Shown here: in pieces, positions 29,024-36,484 of the stretch
Position numbering within the stretch: the stretch's first letter is position 1
Layout: every line of letters starts with the position of its first letter
Assembly: GCA_019322435.1 (NCBI GenBank)
Contig: JAHWIR010000008.1
Location: 21,647-85,646 of the forward strand
Direction: 5' to 3'
From: Candidatus Woesearchaeota archaeon
GTDB taxonomy: Archaea; Nanobdellota; Nanobdellia; Woesearchaeales; WJKL01
Length of the DNA stretch: 64,000 nt
The notes under the pieces: generated by a model
What the model was told of the DNA's origin: nothing
What the model saw: the letters and a program-made list of their open reading frames with translations, nothing else
The model's database searches: none
Program-made: the position numbers and the translations under genes

Positions 29024-29503
29024 TCATTTTTTCATGTTTGTTTTAATCATATATATAATTAACCTTATTACTCCTAATGTTATGGCTATGTCTGCGATAT
29101 TAAAAGCAGGCCATATCCTGAAATCAAGAAAATCAATCACATAGCCAAGATTGATCCTATCAATTAAATTGCCTAAAGTGCCTCCTAAGATTAATGCAGT
29201 TGCTATTTGCACGCATTTGTCATTAGGGACTGCATCATAGAAATAAAGGATAAGGCCTATGACAATTATTGAAAACCAAATCAGCAGGCTGGTGGATTGC
29301 TGGAACAATCCAAATCCAGCTCCTGTATTCTGGATATAGGTCAGATGGAATATATTTTGGATTATTGGGACTGATTGGAATAATTGAAGATTTCTTACTA
29401 CAGAGAATTTTGTTAACTGGTCTAGGAGGACTACTGCGACTGATGTCAGGAGGATTATAAGTGCCTTGTTTTTTTCAGTAGACTTCTTGTTTTTGAGATT
29501 CAT
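29024..29503 (-). CDS. lspA: Lipoprotein signal peptidase II (peptidase A8), bacterial-type
   Basis: Four TM helices are present. Conserved blocks are NTGAGFG, GGTLGNLIDR and FNIADIAI. Confidence 0.8.
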   Translation of the reverse strand: MNLKNKKSTEKNKALIILLTSVAVVLLDQLTKFSVVRNLQLFQSVPIIQNIFHLTYIQNTGAGFGLFQQSTSLLIWFSIIVIGLILYFYDAVPNDKCVQIATALILGGTLGNLIDRINLGYVIDFLDFRIWPAFNIADIAITLGVIRLIIYMIKTNMKK

Positions 29504-29738
29504 GTGCTATTCTCTCTATGTTTGCAAGCCGTTGGTTAATATTGTCTAAGATTGCTTTTAGTGAATCGAGTTTTGCATTAAGTAATTGTATGTCTCTTTC
29601 TACAGCTGCTGGCTGAGGCATAGCTGGCTGAGCCTGCGCATATGCTGATGGTGCAGGGGCTGGTGCTTCTGGCGGTGCTGGAGGAGCTCCTGGAGGAGTC
29701 AAACCTGTTGCTAATCCAGGTTCTGGCTCTACGCCCAA
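29475..29738 (-). CDS. Hypothetical Pro/Ala-rich + coiled-coil small protein; start uncertain (no upstream ATG; possible TTG start or internal ATG giving ~48 aa)
   Basis: The region is GC-rich and encodes PPGAPPAPPEAPAPAP followed by a predicted helix. It overlaps the lspA start by 29 nt. Confidence 0.25.
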   Translation of the reverse strand: MGVEPEPGLATGLTPPGAPPAPPEAPAPAPSAYAQAQPAMPQPAAVERDIQLLNAKLDSLKAILDNINQRLANIERIAHESQKQEVY

Positions 29739-29868
29739 AGCAATATCGCTTTCTTTTCCCAGTCCCAGGTCAACTGTAGGGGCTGGGGTCGACTCTGGCT
29801 CTTTATGCTTCCAGAAGAATAATTTATCTAAGATTGCGATTTTTATTCACCTCTTTTTTGCAATTCTA

Positions 29869-30012
29869 TCATTTTGCTATCAGGTATTTCAATACAAAAA
29901 ACACAACTCCAACAACTGCTAGGAAGAATGCTGTATGGATTAGTTTTTTAGTGAACTTCAGCAATACAAGTGCTATGATTATTGCCAGAATGACTAAAAT
30001 TATTGTTTTCAT
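29869..30012 (-). CDS. Tiny hydrophobic membrane protein (47 aa), paralogue A
   Basis: The ORF encodes MKTIILVILAIIIALVLLKFTKKLIHTAFFLAVVGVVFFVLKYLIAK. It is below the ORF-track cut-off. A tandem paralogue lies downstream. Confidence 0.35.
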   Translation of the reverse strand: MKTIILVILAIIIALVLLKFTKKLIHTAFFLAVVGVVFFVLKYLIAK

Positions 30013-30123
30013 TTTATCACCTGATTTATTATAAATTTACAGACTATATAAGTTTTTCGTAGAAAAACAATACTTGATTTGCTTTGCAAATCAATGTATA
30101 AACTTTTTGCAGAATTTATTATC

Positions 30124-30273
30124 TTACCAGCCTAAGAATAATTTTAATACAAAATAAACAACTGCGGCAATTACAATGAAAATAATCAATCCTATTATCT
30201 TTTTTGTTATCTTCCAGATAATTAAAGCTGCTATGATTGCAGCGATAATATAAATAATTGTTTTGATGTCCAT
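30124..30273 (-). CDS. Tiny hydrophobic membrane protein (49 aa), paralogue B
   Basis: The ORF encodes MDIKTIIYIIAAIIAALIIWKITKKIIGLIIFIVIAAVVYFVLKLFLGW, with the same WK.TKK...YFVLK pattern as paralogue A. Confidence 0.35.
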   Translation of the reverse strand: MDIKTIIYIIAAIIAALIIWKITKKIIGLIIFIVIAAVVYFVLKLFLGW

Positions 30274-30294
30274 TTTATCTTTTATAACCTGCAC

Positions 30295-30915
30295 TTATAT
30301 AAACTTTTTGCAGAATTTATTTATCGGGCAGGTTTTGCAAGAAGGTTTTTTTGTGCAGTTTTGTTTTGCTAGTTCTACTAATAAAGCGTGGTATTCATTG
30401 TAAAGTTTTGGGGATTTTTTTAATGATTTGTGGAATATATTTTGTAATTCATGATATTCGCATCTGTCTTTACACATCCCGATTCTTGAGAATATTCTTT
30501 TTGTGTAAGCGTCAATTACAAAAATAGGCTTATTGAAAGCGTATAATAGGATAGAGTCTGCTGTTTCTGGGCCTATTCCTTTTACAGCTAAGAGTTGCTC
30601 TCTTGTTGGATTTTTGTTTTTGCTGAAGAAGTTTGCTACAATCTTTAATCTCTCTGCTTTTTGGTTGTAATAGCCAGATGGCTTGATTAGTCTTGCTATT
30701 TTGTCTTTTCTTGTTGATTTTATTCTTTCAATTGAGATAAGATGCTCTTTTTCTAAGTTGGATAAAGCTTTTTCAACATTATACCAGGCTGTGTTTTGAG
30801 TTAGGATTGCTCCAATGATTACTTCAAACTGCTTATTGTTTGTTGAAGTCGGCCACCAGTTTTGAGGGCCAAACTTTTTGTGGAGAGCTTTGTAGATAGA
30901 TTGTATCTTGTTCAT
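30295..30915 (-). CDS. HhH-GPD superfamily DNA glycosylase (endonuclease III-like) with C-terminal 4Fe-4S cluster loop
   Basis: The helix-hairpin-helix reads LLAVKGIGPETADSILLYAF. The C-terminal CTKKPSCKTCPINKFC segment has a CX6CX2CX5C spacing. Confidence 0.75.
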   Translation of the reverse strand: MNKIQSIYKALHKKFGPQNWWPTSTNNKQFEVIIGAILTQNTAWYNVEKALSNLEKEHLISIERIKSTRKDKIARLIKPSGYYNQKAERLKIVANFFSKNKNPTREQLLAVKGIGPETADSILLYAFNKPIFVIDAYTKRIFSRIGMCKDRCEYHELQNIFHKSLKKSPKLYNEYHALLVELAKQNCTKKPSCKTCPINKFCKKFI

Positions 30916-30962
30916 ATAAAGAAGTATAAAATAAGTGATTATTATAATTATCTATATTTTGA

Positions 30963-32420
30963 TTAGGATAGAATCTTGGTTACCTTTTTTTTGAGCTTTT
31001 GATAAGAATTCAAACTTTTTTGAACTCCTTTGCCAGTCCAACAATATGTACATAATTTCTCTTTAGGAATGCCTATTGCTTTAACCATATCATCCAATAA
31101 CATATATCTCAAGGAAGTTACATCTATGTCTTTAGCAATCCAGTCAACCATTTTTTTATATTTTTCAGAATTTGGATCAAGGTATTCAGAAACATCTTCA
31201 ATATCCCTGCCTTCTAAAGCTCTTATTGCTCTTCTTGCAACTAACTCGTCAATGCTTCTGGTAGATAAGTTATACATACAGGGAAACATCAAAGGAGGAC
31301 AAGCAGGCCTTATATGAATTTCTTTAGCACCTGCACTTTTTAATTTAGTGACTGTAAAATTTTTGAGTTGTGTGCCTCTAACAATAGAATCATCACATAA
31401 AATTATTCTGTTGTCTTTGATTGTATCTTCGTTAGCTATTAATTTCATTAAAGCAATTCTATCCCTCTCTTCTTGCGATGGCGGGGTGTAGCTCCTGCCA
31501 TAACCCGGGGTGTATTTAAGTAAAACCCTTCTAAATGGTTTTCCAGATTCCATGGAATATCCAATAGCATGGGCTGTTCCTGAATCAGGAACACCTGAAA
31601 CAACATCTATTTCAACATTGTCGCGCATTGCTAAACATTTTCCGCAATTTTCTCTGACTTTCTCTACATTAATGCCTTCATAAGACGAAGCTGGAAATCC
31701 TGTATAAATCCACAAGAATGCACATATCTTGTTAATGTGGTTTCCTTTTTTCTTAATATCAATGCCTTTTTTATCAAGAAAAATTATTTCTCCTGGTTTA
31801 ATAAACTTTTTTATCTTCAAACCCAAATTAGGAAAGGAACATGTTTCACTGGCAATTGCTATTTCATCTTCTTTTTCACCAACAACCAAGGGTGTAACTC
31901 CATTTCTGTCTCTTGCAGCATATATTCCCTCTTTTGTTAATAAAAGCAGAGAGATAGAGCCTTGAATCTTATCATACATTTTTTCAATACCATCTATAAC
32001 AGAATCTCCTTGATTTATTAAGTTGGCAATAAGTTCTGCGCTGTTAACTTCTCCATCAATTACTTCACTAAAAGAAAAACCTTGTTTTATTAATTCTTTA
32101 ACCAACACTTCTTTATTTGTTATAAGACCAGCATAACATATTGAAAAAAACCCAAATCTGCTTTCAAAACTTAATGGCTGAGGATCTTTATCAGATATTA
32201 CGCCTATGCCTAGATTACCTTTTATTTCTTCAATCCATTTATGAAATCTTGATTTAAATTGTGAATTAGAAATAACATGGATCTTTTTAACAGGTTTTCC
32301 ATTTTCATCAATAAAAGCTATTCCTCCATATTCTGTACCTAAGTGAGTATGGTAATCTGTTCCATGGTATAAAGTAGAGATACAGTCATCATTGCTTACA
32401 ACACCAAATATTCCGCTCAT
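30963..32420 (-). CDS. purF: Amidophosphoribosyltransferase-like protein (PurF family) with Ser replacing the N-terminal Cys nucleophile
   Basis: The N-terminus is MSGIFGVVS, where PurF normally has MCGI(V/F)G. An Ntn-GATase-like domain is followed by a PRTase domain with the PRPP loop ILCDDSIVRGTQ. Confidence 0.8.
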   Translation of the reverse strand: MSGIFGVVSNDDCISTLYHGTDYHTHLGTEYGGIAFIDENGKPVKKIHVISNSQFKSRFHKWIEEIKGNLGIGVISDKDPQPLSFESRFGFFSICYAGLITNKEVLVKELIKQGFSFSEVIDGEVNSAELIANLINQGDSVIDGIEKMYDKIQGSISLLLLTKEGIYAARDRNGVTPLVVGEKEDEIAIASETCSFPNLGLKIKKFIKPGEIIFLDKKGIDIKKKGNHINKICAFLWIYTGFPASSYEGINVEKVRENCGKCLAMRDNVEIDVVSGVPDSGTAHAIGYSMESGKPFRRVLLKYTPGYGRSYTPPSQEERDRIALMKLIANEDTIKDNRIILCDDSIVRGTQLKNFTVTKLKSAGAKEIHIRPACPPLMFPCMYNLSTRSIDELVARRAIRALEGRDIEDVSEYLDPNSEKYKKMVDWIAKDIDVTSLRYMLLDDMVKAIGIPKEKLCTYCWTGKGVQKSLNSYQKLKKKVTKILS

Positions 32421-32563
32421 TATTAATACCCCCTAAATAAATCAAATTTTAGGTTATATAAAAAGTTTATTAAAGTGGATTAGTCATATCAGATTGATTT
32501 ACTATTTTAGAATACTAAAGAATAACAATATTTTTATATTAATTATTTATACCAAATATTAAT

Positions 32564-33061
32564 ATGGGGTTGGGGGAAGATCTTAGGGAATTTATGGATG
32601 AGCTTGAAGAGAATATCCCTTTAAGAGCGCCGTTGAGAAACGTAAATTGGACTGATACAATTTCTTTACCATATGGATCATGTCAAGAATGTCAAAAAGA
32701 GCCAGTGAGAGGCAGAATTCGGTTATATGATTTAATTGGTTTAATTGAATTTCATGAAAAAGAAGAAGATAAACCAGGCCTTGCACTTGTGAATTTTGCT
32801 CCTTATCTTGAGATTGCTGCTTGCAACGATCATTTAAAAAGAGCAATAAAAGAGTGTTTTCTTGGAACTTTTGAGTATCATGAAGATGGGAAAGACGCAT
32901 TGCATATAAGGGCTTATGACAATGTACTAATTCGTGTAGATCATTCTGATGGTCTGAGATATATTAAATTATCATATCCCCTTCATCCTTCAATTGATCA
33001 GAAAGCACGTTTTCTAGGGAAAATTTTTGAAGATATAATAATAAAGATAGAAAATATTTAG
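32564..33061 (+). CDS. Hypothetical protein (165 aa)
   Basis: ORF only; a CQEC pair is present. Confidence 0.45.
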   Translation: MGLGEDLREFMDELEENIPLRAPLRNVNWTDTISLPYGSCQECQKEPVRGRIRLYDLIGLIEFHEKEEDKPGLALVNFAPYLEIAACNDHLKRAIKECFLGTFEYHEDGKDALHIRAYDNVLIRVDHSDGLRYIKLSYPLHPSIDQKARFLGKIFEDIIIKIENI

Positions 33062-33084
33062 ACTTAAAAAATAAAAATTAATTT

Positions 33085-34383
33085 TTATTTGATCAAATGT
33101 TTTTCTTTATCCTGCTGTCCTTTCCATTCTGGGAATTGTCTTGTTTTCATCTCTATGTAATGCGCTGCTTTTTCTGCTTTTAGTTTTGCTTCTGCAACTG
33201 TAGATGCTGTTGCAAGAACAAGCCCCATTCTTCTGTTAATATGTGCTTCTGGCTTTCCAAAGGACATGAAGCTTATTCCTTTTCTATTCAAGGCGTTGAA
33301 TATATTGCCAAATGCAGGGTCCCAGCCTTCATAAGGGCTTAAAACAACATGTGTTGCTCCAGCTGTAAGTGATGGGACAACATTATAACCAAGCCGTTCC
33401 TCAGTTGGAACAGGCATTCCTGTTATTGCACGTACGTGCAGAGCTGTTTGTGAATATCCTACCTGGTGTGTTGCAAAAGTTACCATTCCTGTATCATGCG
33501 GTCTTGGAGAACACTCGTTTCCATAGACTTTATCGCCTTTGACAAAAAGCTCGCATCCAAAAAGGCCCATGCCTCCTAGAGCATCTGTTATTTTTTTTGC
33601 TGCTTCATAGATGCCTTTTTCAGCTTTCTCACTTACCTCTGCCATTTGCCAGCTTGAATGATAATCTCCTCCTCTTGTTTGATAATGGCCGACAGGTCTT
33701 GGGAAAGATGTTACGATTTTTCCATTTTCATCAAGATGCCTGACAGCTAGTTCAGTAACTTCAATGTCAAAAGGTATGTGCTGCTCAACAATCATCTTTT
33801 CTCCAGAGCCTCTTGCTTCGTTCTTTGCTTTTTCATAGGCTGCTTTGACGTCTTCTGGACCTTTCACAAAGCTTGAGCCATGGCCTGAGCTGTCCATTAT
33901 TGCCTTGACCCAGCAAGGATAGTTAAGTTTTTCACATGCATCTTTCATTTCATCTAAGGTTGTAGTATAGATGTATTTTGATGTTTCTACACCTGCTCCT
34001 CTTATTAATTCTCTTATTCTTTCACGCTGCATTGCTGCGTGTGTTGCCTTTGCATTTGGAATAATATTCCAGCCTTCTTTTTCCAGATCAAACAGCATGT
34101 CTAGATTTATTGCTTCAATCTCAGGAACAATAAAGTCTGGCTTTTCTTTTTCAATAATAGAACGAAGAAATCCTGCCTCCTTCATATTGCCTGCATAGAA
34201 CTTATGTGCAACCTGGTGACCAGGAGCATTCATATAACGATCAACACCTATTGTGTAGAAACCCATACGCTGCGCTTCAATTATAACTTCTTTTCCAAGC
34301 TCTCCGCAGCCAAGCAGCATTATTTTTGCAGCTTTGCCTGCTGGTTGTGAGAATAATACATTTCTCATCAATAACACCCCCAA
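33085..34383 (-). CDS. purT: Formate-dependent phosphoribosylglycinamide formyltransferase (ATP-grasp)
   Basis: The N-terminal KIMLLGCGELGKEV segment (PurT KVMLLGSGELGKEV) and an ATP-grasp body are present. Confidence 0.85.
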   Translation of the reverse strand: MGVLLMRNVLFSQPAGKAAKIMLLGCGELGKEVIIEAQRMGFYTIGVDRYMNAPGHQVAHKFYAGNMKEAGFLRSIIEKEKPDFIVPEIEAINLDMLFDLEKEGWNIIPNAKATHAAMQRERIRELIRGAGVETSKYIYTTTLDEMKDACEKLNYPCWVKAIMDSSGHGSSFVKGPEDVKAAYEKAKNEARGSGEKMIVEQHIPFDIEVTELAVRHLDENGKIVTSFPRPVGHYQTRGGDYHSSWQMAEVSEKAEKGIYEAAKKITDALGGMGLFGCELFVKGDKVYGNECSPRPHDTGMVTFATHQVGYSQTALHVRAITGMPVPTEERLGYNVVPSLTAGATHVVLSPYEGWDPAFGNIFNALNRKGISFMSFGKPEAHINRRMGLVLATASTVAEAKLKAEKAAHYIEMKTRQFPEWKGQQDKEKHLIK

Positions 34384-34505
34384 ATTTATTTATATTTTGA
34401 ATAGAAAAATATTCATATAAATATTTATTGGTTTTTTTCAATATATGTTTGATATCCACAACAATATTTATATATGAGTTATTTTTCAGTTAATTTGGGG
34501 GGAAG

Positions 34506-35582
34506 ATGCGAATAGTTGATGTTAATGGAGAATGTATAACAGAGGAGTCTTTTTCTTCTAAAAAAGATTTGATTATGGCGATGCATAAGCTTGGAGAAAG
34601 ATACTTGTCTCATGTCTATAGAGCCGGCAAGCTAACTACTGATATGGATGGTGTTATTATATATGATGATGGTGCTATGACTCTTACAAATCTTGTTGGA
34701 GGGGAAGAAGCTGAGAAAAAGTTTAGTGAATATGCTGGATTAAATATCAAAGCTGTTTCCGAAGGGCAAACTTGTTATTGCTGGTATGCTCCTAGTTTGT
34801 TTGGGTCTCAGTTATTAGAAGGGCTGTCTCCTGAGATTAATAGAGAGGTTGGGAAACATCTTCGGCTTATTCCAGGAATTGAAGAGTATATGGACAGACT
34901 TATTGACGGGCTTGGGTATGATGTTAGTGCTGTAACTGCAGGTCATCAGGAAGCTGCAGAAGAGGTTTCTAGAAGAGTAGGTATAGACAAGACAGTTGGA
35001 ATCCAACTTGGAGTTAATTCTAGATGCTATGATGGAACTATAGTAAGATTTATTGGAGGAGAGTATAAGCTTGGTGCTGTTGAAGATATTTTAGTCCATA
35101 ATGGCCGGTGTCTTGGAACACATGTGGGAGATAGCTGGTCTGATATTGAGACCTTAGCTGGAATTCCAAATTCTATTGCATTTAATCCAGGCTGCGAGCT
35201 TGCATTGAAGAATGCAAAGATTTCTATTATGGGTGTTTCTCAATTAGGGCTGCTGCCTTTTTTTGATTATATGGGAAAATATGATGAGGAATTAAAAGAA
35301 GAGGATTTGCCTCAAACAACAATAATAATGCAAGAAGGAAGCAATGGAGAGGGTAATTGGTTATCGGATTTATTGCAGGAGTCAAGGAAAGTAAAAAAAG
35401 AGGTTATTAGAAATATAATTGATCAAAGAGATGGACCTAGTTCAAAAGTAGAAGAAAGGATTAGGCATAGCTTAGTGCAGTCAGGCACAGATTTCCAAAC
35501 TAAACTTGAAAGGTTTATGGATAATGAAGAGTTTGATGCCTATGCAAAGAAAGCTTATGCAGAATTAGAGGGAGAAATATAA
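34506..35582 (+). CDS. HAD-superfamily hydrolase (phosphatase-like)
   Basis: Motif I is TDMDGVIIYDDG (DxDG) and motif IV is HVGDSWSD. Confidence 0.55.
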   Translation: MRIVDVNGECITEESFSSKKDLIMAMHKLGERYLSHVYRAGKLTTDMDGVIIYDDGAMTLTNLVGGEEAEKKFSEYAGLNIKAVSEGQTCYCWYAPSLFGSQLLEGLSPEINREVGKHLRLIPGIEEYMDRLIDGLGYDVSAVTAGHQEAAEEVSRRVGIDKTVGIQLGVNSRCYDGTIVRFIGGEYKLGAVEDILVHNGRCLGTHVGDSWSDIETLAGIPNSIAFNPGCELALKNAKISIMGVSQLGLLPFFDYMGKYDEELKEEDLPQTTIIMQEGSNGEGNWLSDLLQESRKVKKEVIRNIIDQRDGPSSKVEERIRHSLVQSGTDFQTKLERFMDNEEFDAYAKKAYAELEGEI

Positions 35583-36484
35583 TGCAAAGAGTTGTTTGTG
35601 TTGGATCATTGAATGTGGATACACAAGTATATGTGGAAAGATTTTGTGAAAATGATGAAGAACAGATTATAAGAGATATGTCTGTGGGCTCTGGAGGGCA
35701 AGCAGGCAATATTGCTGCTGGATTGGGGAAGCTTGGAAAGAAATCTTTTTTCTTTGGGAATATTGGAGAGGATGCATATACTTCGATGCTGACAAAGGAT
35801 TTTGATGACTGTAATGTGGATTACTCTTTTGCTAAAAGAACAAAGAATCCAAACAATGCTGTTGTTTCTTTGATTGACAAAGATGGAGAAAGAAGATTAT
35901 ATGCTTGTAATCATGTTGATCTTTCTCAGGCAGATTTTCCTGACAAACTTTTTGAGAATACAGCATTTATTGTGTTTACAAGTCTTATTAAAGAAGATGT
36001 TATTGAGCTGTATGTTGATATTGCAAAAAAAGCTAAAGAAAAAGGAATAAAGATTGCTCTAGATCCTGGGGGTATCCTTGCTCAGCTTGGTTTTGAAAGA
36101 TTAAGGCCTCTTCTTGAATTGACTGATTATTTTTTTCCAAGCAAAAGAGAGGCAGAATTGTTAGTCGGGGGTATAGGGAATATTGCTAAGATCTGTAAAT
36201 TGATTCTTAATGTTATAATTAGCTGTGGAAAAGAAGGACCAAGGGTTTTTGAGGATGGAGAGGAGATAACTAATTTTGAGGTAAAGCAGGCTAAGAAAAG
36301 AGTAGATACAACAGGAGCAGGTGATTGTTTTGCAGCTGCTTATATTTCAGCAATTATTGATGGGAAGAATAATGCAGAAGCAGCATGCTTTGCTAATTGT
36401 GCTGCAGCACTTTCAATTGAGAAGAAAGGCGCGAGGTCAATGCCAACTCAAAAAGAAGCGGAGGAGTTTATGAATGCAAGATAA
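35582..36484 (+). CDS. PfkB-family carbohydrate/nucleoside kinase (ribokinase-like)
   Basis: A CVGSLNVD N-terminus, a GG dipeptide and the DTTGAGDCFAAAY anion-hole/catalytic motif are present. Confidence 0.8.
   Translation: MQRVVCVGSLNVDTQVYVERFCENDEEQIIRDMSVGSGGQAGNIAAGLGKLGKKSFFFGNIGEDAYTSMLTKDFDDCNVDYSFAKRTKNPNNAVVSLIDKDGERRLYACNHVDLSQADFPDKLFENTAFIVFTSLIKEDVIELYVDIAKKAKEKGIKIALDPGGILAQLGFERLRPLLELTDYFFPSKREAELLVGGIGNIAKICKLILNVIISCGKEGPRVFEDGEEITNFEVKQAKKRVDTTGAGDCFAAAYISAIIDGKNNAEAACFANCAAALSIEKKGARSMPTQKEAEEFMNAR

Noticed and set aside
29834-30034. 66-aa plus-strand ORF
   Set aside because: It overlaps, in antisense, the better-supported tiny membrane-protein gene and its paralogue pattern, and it has no motif.
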